From Dehalococcoidia bacterium (GTDB taxonomy: Bacteria > Chloroflexota > Dehalococcoidia > Bin125), in assembly GCA_963555985.3 (NCBI GenBank), contig OY820591.1, positions 2,656,001-2,720,000 on the forward strand: DNA of 64,000 bases, written 5' to 3'. The notes beneath the pieces are model-generated. The model was not told the DNA's origin. It was given only the letters and a program-made list of their open reading frames with translations, and did not search any database. Shown in pieces: positions 1 through 10,393 of this stretch. Position 1 is the first letter of the stretch. Each line of letters opens with the position of its first letter. The position numbers and the translations under genes were made by a program.

Positions 1-1703
1 CCTGGGGTGGAGCCGGTCTCGTTGCCGTCCTCCATGGTGACTTCGCCGTTGACGAGGATGTAGCGGTAGCCGCTGGGGCGCTGGACTCGACGCCATTCGC
101 CTCCAGGGAAGTCGTAGACGATCTCGCCGGTCCACTCCGGCGTGATGTTGAGCGCGTCGAGGTCGTAGATGACTACGTCGGCGGGCGCGCCCTCGACCAG
201 GGTGCCGCGGTCGCGGAAGCCGGCGGCGCGGGCGGGCAGGTTGCTGAGGCGGTAGTGGGCTTCCTCCAGCGAGAGCCGACCCGTGTCCCGAACCAGCCAC
301 ATGAGGAAGTCGGTCGGGTAGCTGCCGGCGGTGAGGAACTTGGTGTGCGCGCCGCCGTCGGAGACGCCGGGGATGCAGTAGGGCGAGGTGATCATCTCGG
401 CCGTCCACTCGTCGTTCTGCTCGCGCATCGGGGTCAAGAACTCGGCCGCAAGGTCGGTCTCCAGGGCGAGATCGAGCATCGCGTGGACGGGGTGGCAGCC
501 GCGCAGCTCGGCGACCTGACCGACGGTCATGCCGACATACTGCTCAAGCTCGTCGAGGTGGGCGAGATCCTGGATCAACAGTTCCTCGATCGGGCCGCCC
601 AGGGCCTGGGTTTGACCGAGCTTCTTGATCGCCTCATCGATCTCGTCGATGATCCGCGCCCGCACCTCAGGATCGCCCATCTTCGCCTTGCGCTCCTCGC
701 GGGTACCGGTGGTGGCGTAGTTCCAGGCGGGAGAGGAGTCGTAGAGGTTCCAGTCCTCAAGCGTGAAGGTGAAGGCGGCGCGGATGGTGGCGGCCTGTCC
801 GAAGATGCGCTCGCCGCGCGCGTTGCACTCTTCGAGCCACTTCATGCGGTTGCGGTGCAGGTCGGCGTTCTTGGGGTTGACGGCGATCAGGTTGTGCAGG
901 ATCGGCCGCTTCGAGACCGCTGCCAGTGCCGACTGGAAGGCGAGGTCCTTGTCGAGATCGCCGGTGAACTGGGTGATCTGGATGAAGCCCTCGTCGCGCT
1001 TGGCCAGGACTTCGCCGAGCGCGAGGCACTCGTTGTCCGACATGATGTCGGTCACCATCGGCGTGCCGTCGTAGTCGGCCTGGACCGAGTTCTCGCCCAG
1101 CCGCTGGGTCGACCAGCCGCAAGCGCCGGCGTCCATCGCTTCGTCGAGCAGGCGCTGCATCTCGCGGATCTCGTCATCGCTGGCGCGGCGGCTCTTGGCC
1201 GCCTCCAAGCCCATCACCCAGGTCATCAACGGGGCCAGAGGCATGTAGCTGAGGCAGTTGACGCCCTTGGGGATGCGATCGAGCGTGTCGAGGAACTCGG
1301 GGAAAGTAACCCAGTCCCAGATCATGCCTTCCTTCATCGACTCGAAGGGGATCGCCTCGGTGCGCGACATCGTCAGCATCGCGCGGTCGCGCTCCTCGAT
1401 CCGCACGGGAGCGAAGCCGAAACCGCAGTTGCCCAGCACGACCGAGGTGACGCCGTGCCAACCGGAGATCGTGCAGTAGGGGTCCCACTGGATCTGGGCG
1501 TCGTAGTGCGTGTGCAGGTCAACGAAGCCGGGCGCGACGATGTGGCCTTCCGCATCGAGCACGCGGTCGGCGTCGGAGGGCGACATGCGCCCGCCGACCT
1601 GAGCGACCTTGCCGTCCTTGAGGCCGACATCGGCGACGAACTTGGGGAAGCCGGTGCCGTCGACGACGGTGCCTCCGCGAATGATGGTGTCGAACTGGGC
1701 CAT
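1..1703 (-). CDS. N-acyl-D-amino-acid deacylase family amidohydrolase (3' end runs off window)
   Basis: Absent from the ORF track because it has no stop in the window. Manual translation from ATG 1703 gives MAQFDTIIRGGTVVDGTG...PGFVDLHTHYDAQIQWDPY; colinear and highly similar to 2164..3894. Confidence 0.92.
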   Translation of the reverse strand, partial: MAQFDTIIRGGTVVDGTGFPKFVADVGLKDGKVAQVGGRMSPSDADRVLDAEGHIVAPGFVDLHTHYDAQIQWDPYCTISGWHGVTSVVLGNCGFGFAPVRIEERDRAMLTMSRTEAIPFESMKEGMIWDWVTFPEFLDTLDRIPKGVNCLSYMPLAPLMTWVMGLEAAKSRRASDDEIREMQRLLDEAMDAGACGWSTQRLGENSVQADYDGTPMVTDIMSDNECLALGEVLAKRDEGFIQITQFTGDLDKDLAFQSALAAVSKRPILHNLIAVNPKNADLHRNRMKWLEECNARGERIFGQAATIRAAFTFTLEDWNLYDSSPAWNYATTGTREERKAKMGDPEVRARIIDEIDEAIKKLGQTQALGGPIEELLIQDLAHLDELEQYVGMTVGQVAELRGCHPVHAMLDLALETDLAAEFLTPMREQNDEWTAEMITSPYCIPGVSDGGAHTKFLTAGSYPTDFLMWLVRDTGRLSLEEAHYRLSNLPARAAGFRDRGTLVEGAPADVVIYDLDALNITPEWTGEIVYDFPGGEWRRVQRPSGYRYILVNGEVTMEDGNETGSTP

Positions 1704-1802
1704 AGCGGTTCCTTCCGGGGCCAGAATGCTGCGTCGGTGCGCACGTTGCAGATGTGGCGCAATATACAGACTTCAGCGCGGGGTCAAGGGCTGCGCGCCT
1801 GC

Positions 1803-2025
1803 GGAGTGTTCAGCGCGAATTTTTTTTTCTGCGGGGCCCAGAGAAAAAAGGCGGAATTGCCTGTGTTTTCTGGGGTTTTCGAGATCGGGGCGTTCAGTTT
1901 CTGGTTAGTGTTGTTCAGTATTGGAGCCGGCATCGGGTCGTCCTTCAGGTTTGTTCAGCCGCGGTTGCAGGGAAGCGAGCTCGTCGCCGCAACGGTTGTT
2001 CTGTCCAGTGTAGACGGTTGGGATG
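1803..2025 (-). repeat. Dispersed CTGAAC-motif element, copy A
   Basis: Reverse complement shares ordered blocks (AACCGTCTAC..CAGAACAA, GCTGAACAAACCTGAA, AACACAGG, AAAATTC..CTGAACA) with 42465-42705 and 56228-56403. Confidence 0.65.
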
Positions 2026-2104
2026 GCGGCGTTGGTCACGGCGAGTGAGCCCAGCTTTCGCAGGGAAGGGCTCCGCGCCAAGCGCGGGTATTGCCGTATT
2101 GCAA

Positions 2105-2138
2105 GCGCGGGCCGCTGCCGGATGGCAACGGCCCGCGC
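2105..2138 (-). terminator. GC-rich hairpin downstream of amidohydrolase 2164..3894
   Basis: Inverted repeat GCGCGGGCCG...CGGCCCGCGC about 25 nt past the stop; no clear U-tract. Confidence 0.35.
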
Positions 2139-2163
2139 GGGACTGAACGGTAGACGGCGGGAC

Positions 2164-3894
2164 TTAGCCGCGGCCGTGGCGGAGCAACTTGCCCGGGGTT
2201 GCTCCGGTCTCTTGGCCGTCCTGCATCGTGACTTCGCCGTTGACCAGGATCCACTTGTAGCCGTGCGGCTTCTGGACTCGGCGCCATTCGCCGCCGGGGA
2301 AGTCGTAGACGATCTCGCCCTGGAACTCGGGGTCGAGCTTGAGTTCGTCGAGGTCGTAGACGACGACATCGGCGGGCGCGCCTTCGACCAGGGCGCCGCG
2401 GTTGGTGAAGCCACCGGCGCGGGCGGGCAGGTAGCTGAGGCGGTAGTGGGCCTCTTCGAGGCTGACGCGGCCGGTGTCGCGCACCATCCACATGAGGAAG
2501 TCGGTCGGGTAGGAGCCGGCGGTGAGGAACTTGGTGTGCGCGCCGCCGTCGGAGACGCCCGGAATCGTGTAGGGCGAGTCCATGATCTCGGCCATGTGAT
2601 CCTCGTTGGCGTTGGTGACCTCGGTCAAGAACTCGGCCTTGAGGTCGGTCGCCAGGGCCAGGTCAAGCATCGCGTCGATCGGGTGCTTGCCCATCTTCTC
2701 GCCGACTTCGGCGAGAGTCAGACCGACGTACTCCTCCAGCTCGGGCTTGGCCTCAAGGTGCTGGATCATGACCTTCTCGATCGAGCCGCCGATGGCCTGG
2801 GTCTGGCCGAGCTTCTCGATCGCGTCGTCCATCTCGGCCTTGAGGCGCTGGCGCACGTCGGGGTCGGCGAACTTCTGCATCTTCTCCTCGATTGTGCCGG
2901 TGGTGGCGTAGTTCCAGGCCGGCGAGGAGTCGTAGAGGTTCCAGTCCTCGAGCGTGTAGGCGAAGGCCGAGCGGATGGTGAAGGCCTGGCCGAAGATGCG
3001 CTCGCCGCGGTCGTTGGCCTCGTCCAGCCACTTGAGCGACTTGGTGTGCGAATCCGGCCGCTGGCTGCTGGGCGCGATCACGTTGTGCAGGATCGGGCGT
3101 CCCGAAACCTCAGCCAGCTTGGCCTCGAAGGCGAGGTCGGACTTGATGTCGCCGGTGGCCTGGGTGATCTGGATGAAGCCCTCATCGCGGTCGCGCAGGA
3201 CTTCGGCCAGCGCCAGACACTCGTTGTCCGACATGATGTCGGTCACCATCGGGGTGCCGTCGTAGTCGGCCTGGACGGAGTTCTCGCCCAAACGCTGGGT
3301 TGACCAGCCGCAAGCGCCGGCGTCCATCGCCTCATGCAGCAGGCGCTGCATTTCCGCGATCTCGTCGTCGGTGGCGCGGCGGTTCTTGGCCGCCTCGAGG
3401 CCCATCACCCAGATCATCAGCGGGGCGATCGGCATGTAGCTGAGGCAGTTGACGCCCTTGGGGATGCGGTCGAGCGTGTCCAGCCACTCCGGGAACGAGA
3501 CCCAGTCCCAGATCATGCCTTCCTTCATCGACTCGAACGGAATCGCCTCGGTGCGAGACATCGTCAACATCGAGCGGTCGCGCTCCTCCGGGCGGACCGG
3601 AGCGAAGCCGAATCCACAGTTGCCCAGCACGACCGAGGTGACGCCGTGCCAGCCGGAGATCGTGCAGTACGGGTCCCATTGGATCTGGGCGTCGTAGTGG
3701 GTGTGGAGGTCAACGAATCCCGGTGCGACGATCTGGCCCTCGGCTTCGAGCACCTGGTCGGCGTCGGCCGGGTCCATCTTGCCGCCAATCTGGGCGACGA
3801 CTCCGTCCTTGATCCCCACATCCGCCTTGAAGCGGGGCACGCGGGTACCGTCGACGACGGTGCCCCCGCGGATCAGGATGTCGAATTTGGCCAT
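2164..3894 (-). CDS. N-acyl-D-amino-acid deacylase family amidohydrolase
   Basis: 576 aa; IRGGTVVDGT N-terminus, PGFVDLHTHYD metal motif, GNCG, SDGGAH, RG.L..GAPADVVVYD; GAGGAG RBS. Confidence 0.93.
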   Translation of the reverse strand: MAKFDILIRGGTVVDGTRVPRFKADVGIKDGVVAQIGGKMDPADADQVLEAEGQIVAPGFVDLHTHYDAQIQWDPYCTISGWHGVTSVVLGNCGFGFAPVRPEERDRSMLTMSRTEAIPFESMKEGMIWDWVSFPEWLDTLDRIPKGVNCLSYMPIAPLMIWVMGLEAAKNRRATDDEIAEMQRLLHEAMDAGACGWSTQRLGENSVQADYDGTPMVTDIMSDNECLALAEVLRDRDEGFIQITQATGDIKSDLAFEAKLAEVSGRPILHNVIAPSSQRPDSHTKSLKWLDEANDRGERIFGQAFTIRSAFAYTLEDWNLYDSSPAWNYATTGTIEEKMQKFADPDVRQRLKAEMDDAIEKLGQTQAIGGSIEKVMIQHLEAKPELEEYVGLTLAEVGEKMGKHPIDAMLDLALATDLKAEFLTEVTNANEDHMAEIMDSPYTIPGVSDGGAHTKFLTAGSYPTDFLMWMVRDTGRVSLEEAHYRLSYLPARAGGFTNRGALVEGAPADVVVYDLDELKLDPEFQGEIVYDFPGGEWRRVQKPHGYKWILVNGEVTMQDGQETGATPGKLLRHGRG

Positions 3895-4061
3895 GTCAGT
3901 CTCCTCAGTCTCGTTGCCGTGCAGGTGATCCAGACCGGGTGCGGATAGGCAACCGGTCAGTTGCGTAGCAGGATACGGAAGTCGGCGCGAGCGTGTCGAG
4001 CGGATCCGGTTCGGGCGACGAGAATGAACTCAGCGGATGGCAGTAGAGACCTTCGCGTTGA

Positions 4062-5186
4062 TCAGGAGGAATCGGCAGCAAACGTGCTGTACTCGAGCTT
4101 GGTGCGCAAGTCGTTGTGCGCGCTGTAAGGAATCAGGCGATCGTGCTGGAGTCGACCGACCACTATGCCGGGATGTACGCCGACATCATCCGCAAGCCGG
4201 TTGATGTTGACGCGAGAGCAAGTTTTGTGATGCCAAAAGGGCTCCCAGTCCTTGGGCGAAATCAGGAAATCGCGAGCGAAGTCGTCGGCCTCGCGCTCGG
4301 CGTCATCCTCTCGTGGCACACGGTCCAAATTGATATAGATGTTCCTGCGATGCTCCCTGAGCGCATGCGCCGCCTCGTGGAAGAAGGTGAACCAGAAAAC
4401 ATCGGCCCAGCCACGGAACAGGCTGAGCTGGATCAGTGGGCGACCATCTTCCATCCATCGGGTGACTCCGTTAGCGCCGGACTTGGGAACATGCGGTACC
4501 AGCTCCAAGTGGACGCCGGCCGCCGCACAGAGTAACTGCATCTGCTTCCAGAACCCCGGTTCAGAGGTGAGCTCTCGAATTCTGCCGAGATTCTGGCCGA
4601 ACAGCATCGGATCGAACGTCGACGATTGTTTGGTCTGCGTGTCCCACCGTCGCTCGATCACTTGCCACTCACCTTGCTGAAGCCAAGCCGCGAGCGCCCA
4701 TGGGTCGAACTTGGTCTTCTGAGTAATCCGAAACGCAGCCTCGTGTCGCCCAGTTTCAACTTCACTCAGGGTTTCGACGTCATACAGCACACGGAGTTCG
4801 CCAACGCGTTCCACTTCGGTGCCTAGATTTCGCATCCAACCGCGCTTGACAAACTCTCGCCAAGGAATATTTCGCTCTTTGACCAGCTCGATGTCGGCCC
4901 GCATTTCTGGTTCTGCCAAAAGGCGGCTCAGGGTCTCCTCGTAACTCTCCTGCAGCCTCCGCATCACCGCTGCCGGTAACCCCAGCTCAGACTCCAGGTC
5001 GTCTGCCAGTGGCTTTGTGATCGGTGCGCGGCCTCGAAGAACACGCTCAACGGACTTCGATGAGCGCCCAATCCGGCTGGCCAGGTCTTCAGAGGACCAG
5101 CCACGATCGTCTAGCTCATCGACCACGTAACGGCCGGGATGAATGGCCTGTCTCGGAAGAATGCCAGACTCCGAAGCGCTAGTCAT
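4062..5186 (-). CDS. higA: HigA-family antitoxin (Xre HTH) fused to ImmA/IrrE metallopeptidase-like domain
   Basis: N-terminal IHPG..+HTH; C-terminal FWFTFFHEAAH (HExxH) and EREADDFA; overlaps the upstream toxin stop. Confidence 0.85.
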   Translation of the reverse strand: MTSASESGILPRQAIHPGRYVVDELDDRGWSSEDLASRIGRSSKSVERVLRGRAPITKPLADDLESELGLPAAVMRRLQESYEETLSRLLAEPEMRADIELVKERNIPWREFVKRGWMRNLGTEVERVGELRVLYDVETLSEVETGRHEAAFRITQKTKFDPWALAAWLQQGEWQVIERRWDTQTKQSSTFDPMLFGQNLGRIRELTSEPGFWKQMQLLCAAAGVHLELVPHVPKSGANGVTRWMEDGRPLIQLSLFRGWADVFWFTFFHEAAHALREHRRNIYINLDRVPREDDAEREADDFARDFLISPKDWEPFWHHKTCSRVNINRLADDVGVHPGIVVGRLQHDRLIPYSAHNDLRTKLEYSTFAADSS

Positions 5187-5475
5187 AGTGATCCGTGTTC
5201 ACTTCTTGGACCCGGAGAAGTCCAGGTTTCGGGAAGGTCATAATCAGGCGCACGCCCTTGTCCTTGTTGAGGTCAATTGCGAACTGGCCCTCACGATCTC
5301 GCCTCAGCGGATGAAATCGCCAAGAAGACGGAATCTCCCGCGTAGATTCAATCTCCATGAGAAAACTCACCCTCTCCTGGTATTTTCGGCCTACCGCCCG
5401 GCCAAACGCCTTGGTGGCCTTGTTCACATCTGCCGCGCACTCGCGCAACTCGTCGGTGCGGAAGTGTACGTCCAA
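5179..5475 (-). CDS. higB: HigB/RelE-family mRNA interferase toxin
   Basis: 98 aa; RFHPLRRDREGQFAIDL...RLI and C-terminal DHYD typical of HigB; GGAGGAG RBS; toxin-first order. Confidence 0.85.
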   Translation of the reverse strand: MDVHFRTDELRECAADVNKATKAFGRAVGRKYQERVSFLMEIESTREIPSSWRFHPLRRDREGQFAIDLNKDKGVRLIMTFPKPGLLRVQEVNTDHYD

Positions 5476-5604
5476 CTCGCCTCTCCTCCGGTCAGACGCA
5501 CCCGCTCCATTGAGACTCTTGTTTCAATCATATGCGATGCAGCCTCCTGGGCCGCTCCAGCACTGAACAACCGACACAGAGCGATTTCCCGCGCCTCCAC
5601 CCCC

Positions 5605-5733
5605 TATACTGCGGAACATGGTGATGTGTGCAGTAGAGGGAGCTGATCCGCGGGCGACTCACGCCTGCGGAGTGCTCGGGGCCTGATGGGAGGCCGCCGC
5701 CCGATTCGTGGCACCGGCGGCCGCGTCTTTTTT
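5605..5733 (+). promoter_or_regulatory. leuA leader: -10-like TATACT plus intrinsic terminator-like hairpin (possible attenuator)
   Basis: TATACT at 5605-5610; stem GGCCGCCG (5692-5699) / CGGCGGCC (5715-5722) followed by T6 (5728-5733), 37 nt before the leuA ATG. Confidence 0.45.
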
Positions 5734-5770
5734 CCTGCGAATCTCTGCTCTGACTACAGGAGTTCCCACT

Positions 5771-7324
5771 ATGGCTGACCGAGTCCGAATCTTCGATACG
5801 ACCCTGCGCGACGGCGAACAGGCCGCCGGCGTTTCCTTCTCCGCCGAGGAGAAGTTGCAGATTGCAAAGCTGCTCGAGCGGATGGGCGTCGATTGCATCG
5901 AGGCCGGCTTCGCCGCCGCCTCGCCGGCCGACTTCGACGCCGTGAACCGGATCGCGCGCGAAGTGCGCGGTACCCAGATCGCGTCGCTCTGCCGCGCTGT
6001 CCCGAATGATGTCGACCAGGGCTGGGAGGCGATCCGCGACGGTGAGAACCCGCGCATTCACGTCTTCCTCTCCTCCTCCGACATCCACATCGCCCACCAA
6101 CTGCGCAAGGACCGCGAGACCGTCCTCCAGCAGGCCCGCGAGATGGTCGCCCGGGCCAAGAAGTACGTCAGCGATGTCGAGTTCTCGCCAATGGACGCGA
6201 CCCGCTCGGACGTCGATTTCGTCCGCCGGATGCTGCGCGAGGTGATTGAGGCGGGCGCGACCACGATCAACATCCCCGACACCGTCGGTTACGCGATTCC
6301 CGATGAGTTCGCGCGCTTCATCCAGGGCATCCTCGAAGACGTGCCCGGCGCGGACAACGTGGTCGTTTCGGTGCACTGCCACAACGACCTCGGACTCTCC
6401 ACCGCCAACTCGCTGGCCGCCGTTCGCGCCGGGGCGCGGCAGGTGGAATGCACGATCAACGGTCTGGGCGAACGCGCCGGCAATACCTCGCTCGAAGAGA
6501 CCGTGATGGCGATCCGCACCCGCGCCGACCATCTCGGCGTCGAGATCGGGGTTGACCCGCAATACCTAGTTCCCGCGTCGCGGATGGTGCAGGAATTCGC
6601 GGGGATGCACGTGCAGCCGAACAAGGCGATCGTCGGCCTCAACGCCTTCCGCCACCAGTCCGGCATCCACCAGGACGGCGTGGTCAAGATGCGCGAGACC
6701 TACGAGATCATGGATCCCAAGGAGGTCGGTTGGGTCGAGGGATCGCAGTTCGTGCTCTCCAAGCTGTCGGGGCGGGCCGGCTTCCGCTCACGCCTGGAAG
6801 ACCTCGGTTTCGATCTCGAAGGCGATGAGTTCAGCTCGGCCTTCGACCGCTTCCAGCAACTCGCCGACCGCAAGACCGTCGTCGACGATCGCGACCTCGA
6901 AGCGATCGTGCTCGATCGGCTCGGACAGGTGACTGAGGGCTGGGAGCTCGTCGCCATCGACATCACAGCGGGTACGTCCAGCCAACCCTCGGCGACGATC
7001 ACGCTGCGCTCGCCGGAGGGCGAACAGGTCTCAGGCTCGCGCACGGGTTCGGGGCCGGTCGATGCGATCTATCAAACGATCCGCGAACTCACCAGCGTCG
7101 CCGACGAGCTGGAGGAGTACAGCGTCTCCAGCGTGACCGAGGGTCTGGACGCGCAGGGCGAGGTCACGATCCGCACCCTGATCGACGGCGCCACCCACAC
7201 CGGACGCGCCTCCGACCAGGACATCCTGGTCGCCAGTGCGCGGGCCTACATCAACGCGATCAACCGCCATGTCGCAGGAGCGGCGGGAGCCTCTGCCGCC
7301 GCGACGCAGGAACGCACGCCGTAA
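5771..7324 (+). CDS. leuA: 2-isopropylmalate synthase
   Basis: [39 protein letters not shown]-terminal regulatory domain (GSGPVDA); start placed at the ATG after AGGAG. Confidence 0.97.
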   Translation: MADRVRIFDTTLRDGEQAAGVSFSAEEKLQIAKLLERMGVDCIEAGFAAASPADFDAVNRIAREVRGTQIASLCRAVPNDVDQGWEAIRDGENPRIHVFLSSSDIHIAHQLRKDRETVLQQAREMVARAKKYVSDVEFSPMDATRSDVDFVRRMLREVIEAGATTINIPDTVGYAIPDEFARFIQGILEDVPGADNVVVSVHCHNDLGLSTANSLAAVRAGARQVECTINGLGERAGNTSLEETVMAIRTRADHLGVEIGVDPQYLVPASRMVQEFAGMHVQPNKAIVGLNAFRHQSGIHQDGVVKMRETYEIMDPKEVGWVEGSQFVLSKLSGRAGFRSRLEDLGFDLEGDEFSSAFDRFQQLADRKTVVDDRDLEAIVLDRLGQVTEGWELVAIDITAGTSSQPSATITLRSPEGEQVSGSRTGSGPVDAIYQTIRELTSVADELEEYSVSSVTEGLDAQGEVTIRTLIDGATHTGRASDQDILVASARAYINAINRHVAGAAGASAAATQERTP

Positions 7325-7349
7325 CTGCATTACTCGCGCCGCGACGGGA

Positions 7350-7634
7350 TCAGCGGATGAACCCGTCACGGCGCATCATCGCTTCGTAGTCGGCCTGGGA
7401 GAGGTCGCAGTCGATCAGGCGGTCGAACTGACGGCGGTTGAGGCGGAGTTGGCGAGCCATTGAGGCGAGGAGCTGGTCGCTGATGTCGCGGTCAGCGCCG
7501 TGGGACACGACGGTGAATGCTTCAGTCTCTTCTCCGTCGACGCTGAAGTACCTCAGCTGCAAATGACGCGCGTTGACCTCGCGAAAACCCTTGCGACGAA
7601 GGCCGCGCAAGACTTCTCGTCTTCTACGTGGCAT
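7350..7634 (-). CDS. HicA-like toxin (dsRBD-like fold)
   Basis: MPRRRREVLRGLRRKGF...H...TVVSHG..DISDQLLASMARQLRL pattern resembles HicA; overlaps the stop of 7624..7953. Confidence 0.65.
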   Translation of the reverse strand: MPRRRREVLRGLRRKGFREVNARHLQLRYFSVDGEETEAFTVVSHGADRDISDQLLASMARQLRLNRRQFDRLIDCDLSQADYEAMMRRDGFIR

Positions 7635-7953
7635 CTGTGACCAACTGGAAACGTTGGCGCAAGTCCTCACCGAGATCCTTCGCGCCCAACGTCATCTTCT
7701 CTGACGAGCTCTCGGCGAACTCCCGCCAGAGGAATCCCAGCGAGTCGTCGATGATGTCCCAGCATTCTTCACGCGTCTCTGCGCCGTGCATGATGTTGTA
7801 CTCGCCCTCGAAGAGGTAGAGGCCAACGCCGTCTTCTTCCGAGTACTCGAACGTGAAGACGAGCGGTCGCTCAGTGCGATATCGCTTCCCGTTCGAGACG
7901 AACTCGGTGAAGACCATCGGGCTGACATCGACATCGGACGCGGGAGTGGTCAT
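7624..7953 (-). CDS. HicB-like antitoxin
   Basis: Acidic 109 aa protein with G.AETREECWDIIDDSL..LW segment resembling the HicB N-terminal fold; translationally coupled to the HicA-like gene. Confidence 0.55.
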   Translation of the reverse strand: MTTPASDVDVSPMVFTEFVSNGKRYRTERPLVFTFEYSEEDGVGLYLFEGEYNIMHGAETREECWDIIDDSLGFLWREFAESSSEKMTLGAKDLGEDLRQRFQLVTDAT

Positions 7954-8058
7954 GGCGCGCTCCTGGTTCGGGCTTCATGGTAGGTCGGTGGGGCGGGCGC
8001 TGTGTCGGCTGCGCGTAAGATGATCGCTGAGACCGACATTCCAGAGCAGGAGACCACC

Positions 8059-9459
8059 ATGGCCGGACGTACCGTTGCGCAGAAGATCTGGGACGAGCAC
8101 CTGATTCGCCAGGCGGATGGGGAACCCGACCTGCTGTACATCGACCTGCACCTGGTACATGAGGTGACGTCGCCGCAGGCCTTTGAGGGTCTGCGGCTGA
8201 CAGGTCGGCAGGTACGGCGGCCGGACTTGACCCTGGCGACGCAGGATCACAACGTCCCCACCGACACTCGGATCGAGCCGTTCGCCGATCCGCTCTCGCA
8301 GCAGCAGGTCGAGGCGTTGCGGGCGAACTGCGAGGAGTTCGGCGTGCCGCTCTACGACACGCTCGACCCGCGCCAAGGCATCGTCCACATCATCGGCCCG
8401 GAGCAGGGCTTGACACAGCCCGGCCTCACCATCGTCTGCGGCGACAGTCACACCTCCACGCACGGCGCGCTAGGAGCGCTGGCCTTCGGGATCGGCACGT
8501 CGGAAGTCGAGCACGTACTCGCCACTCAGACGCTGCCGCAAGCTCCGCTCAAGCAGATGTCGGTTGAAGTGACGGGCGAGCTTCCGGCCGGCTGCGCCGC
8601 TAAGGATGTAATTCTCACGATCCTCAACACGATCGGTACCGGCGGCGGTGTGGGGCACGTGATCGAGTATCGGGGCGACGTGATCAAGAACCTCTCGATG
8701 GACGGGCGGATGACAGTCTGCAACATGACGATCGAGGGCGGCGCCCGCGCCGGATTGGTCGCGCCGGACAAGACCACGATCACCTACGTCAAGGGCCGCA
8801 CCCACGCTCCAAGCGGTGACGCCTGGGACGAGGCGGTCGCGCGTTGGAGCGAACTGGTCACCGACGACGATGCCGTATTCGACAAGGAAGTCGTGATTGA
8901 GGGCGCGGAGATCGCGCCATTCGTGACTTGGGGCACGAATCCCGCCCAGAGCGCTCCGGTGACGGGCAGCATTCCCGATCCTGCCAGTCTGGCGACGGCC
9001 TCGGCGCAAGAGTCCGCCGAACGCGCACTCGCCTACCAGGGCCTAACGGCCGGCACCAACATCACCGACATCGCCATCGATCGCGTCTTCATCGGCTCCT
9101 GCACGAACGGACGGATCGAGGATCTGCGCGCAGCCGCGGCCGCCATCGGCGACGGCAAGGTCGCCGCAGGCGTCAATGCGATGGTCGTCCCCGGCTCCGG
9201 CCTCGTCAAAATCCAGGCCGAAGCCGAAGGTCTAGCCGATCAGTTCCGCGACGCCGGCTTCGAGTGGCGCGACGCCGGCTGCTCAATGTGCCTGGGCATG
9301 AACCCCGACATCCTCAGCCCCCAGGAACGCTGCGCCTCAACCAGCAACCGCAACTTCGAGGGCCGGCAAGGCCCGGGCGGTCGGACGCATCTGGTGAGTC
9401 CGGCAATGGCGGCGGCAGCGGCGGTGGCGGGTCACTTCGTAGATGTTCGGGGGCTGTAG
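8059..9459 (+). CDS. leuC: 3-isopropylmalate dehydratase large subunit
   Basis: [52 protein letters not shown]; AGGAG RBS before ATG 8059. Confidence 0.98.
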   Translation: MAGRTVAQKIWDEHLIRQADGEPDLLYIDLHLVHEVTSPQAFEGLRLTGRQVRRPDLTLATQDHNVPTDTRIEPFADPLSQQQVEALRANCEEFGVPLYDTLDPRQGIVHIIGPEQGLTQPGLTIVCGDSHTSTHGALGALAFGIGTSEVEHVLATQTLPQAPLKQMSVEVTGELPAGCAAKDVILTILNTIGTGGGVGHVIEYRGDVIKNLSMDGRMTVCNMTIEGGARAGLVAPDKTTITYVKGRTHAPSGDAWDEAVARWSELVTDDDAVFDKEVVIEGAEIAPFVTWGTNPAQSAPVTGSIPDPASLATASAQESAERALAYQGLTAGTNITDIAIDRVFIGSCTNGRIEDLRAAAAAIGDGKVAAGVNAMVVPGSGLVKIQAEAEGLADQFRDAGFEWRDAGCSMCLGMNPDILSPQERCASTSNRNFEGRQGPGGRTHLVSPAMAAAAAVAGHFVDVRGL

Positions 9460-9469
9460 GGTCGCGCAG

Positions 9470-10009
9470 GTGCGGTTAACGCTCAGTCTTCGCGATCTTG
9501 CTGCTGAACACCCCGGCTTAACCGTGCCGGTTGCTTCGGCCTATTCCGAGGCAGCGGCGGTCTGCCTTGATCGCCATCATGAATCGCCGATTCAGTTCAC
9601 GGCAAGGGGCGAAGCTCGGCGGGACGACGTGTTCCTCGCCTGGAAGCGGACGACTGCGCGACAGCGCTTGGCCTGGAGCAATCAGATGGACGTGATTGAG
9701 GCTGGAGCGATTGCTGTGGCGCTCGCTTACGTGTCGACGGCGCACAGTCTCATTGCCTTCAGTCGCGCGTGGCGGGGAAGCGGCGCCGATTACATCCTCA
9801 CTCCGAGTCGCGTGGATGTTCCCGACATCGAGCAACGACTGAGGCTGGAAGTATCCGGTGTGGATCGTGGAGGGGAACCTGAGATCGAACGCCGACTTGC
9901 TCAGAAGCTGCAACAACTTCGTCGCGGCGATCTCTACACTGCGGGTATGGCGATCGTCGTCGGATTTCGCGCTCGAACGATTCGGTTCGCAAGTCTGGAT
10001 GTCGAATGA
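9470..10009 (+). CDS. Hypothetical protein, possible PD-(D/E)xK-like nuclease (start uncertain)
   Basis: Open frame right after leuC; GSGADY...RLEVSG motif; ATGA overlap with the next gene. Confidence 0.6.
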   Translation: MRLTLSLRDLAAEHPGLTVPVASAYSEAAAVCLDRHHESPIQFTARGEARRDDVFLAWKRTTARQRLAWSNQMDVIEAGAIAVALAYVSTAHSLIAFSRAWRGSGADYILTPSRVDVPDIEQRLRLEVSGVDRGGEPEIERRLAQKLQQLRRGDLYTAGMAIVVGFRARTIRFASLDVE

Positions 10010-10356
10010 CTTGGCTCGAACACCACCGGAAGAGCGAAGAACTGTTCGGCAATGCTGAACTCGAAGATCGATTCGGCGATCCTGGGCTGGCGCGCAAGCT
10101 GTATCGAGAAGCGGCGCAGTCGGAACAACGCGCGCTCGCCGATCTGGGGGCGGACAAGCCTGAGACATTTGGGATTACCGCAGTCAGCGCCGTTTCCTGC
10201 TACTTCATGGCGCACGACTACGAGCGGGCGGAGCAGCTCGCCTATAAGTTCCTGGCAGGAGATCGCCTAGCGGCCATTGCTCGACATGACATGAAGGAAG
10301 TCCTGCGCGAAATCTGGGACATGCAGGCCGAGCTCACGTTGCAGGCGACGGACTAG
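10006..10356 (+). CDS. Hypothetical helical (TPR-like) protein
   Basis: 116 aa with alpha-helical pattern ([12 protein letters not shown]...[12 protein letters not shown]); coupled to the upstream gene by ATGA. Confidence 0.65.
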   Translation: MTWLEHHRKSEELFGNAELEDRFGDPGLARKLYREAAQSEQRALADLGADKPETFGITAVSAVSCYFMAHDYERAEQLAYKFLAGDRLAAIARHDMKEVLREIWDMQAELTLQATD

Positions 10357-10393
10357 CGGCAACCCTTGCTCCAACAGGTTGGTGGGCCAGATT

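Noticed and set aside
255-2048. Long ORFs antisense to real genes (e.g. 255..2048, 12053..14425, 26585..29161, 33304..35214, 36373..38133, 40722..42461, 59892..62738)
   Set aside because: Shadow frames of well-supported genes on the opposite strand, expected in high-GC DNA; no motifs.
5706-5722. GTGGCACC resembles the T-box antiterminator bulge (UGGNACC)
   Set aside because: It lies inside the terminator hairpin instead of upstream of it, and no convincing Stem I or specifier loop is visible.
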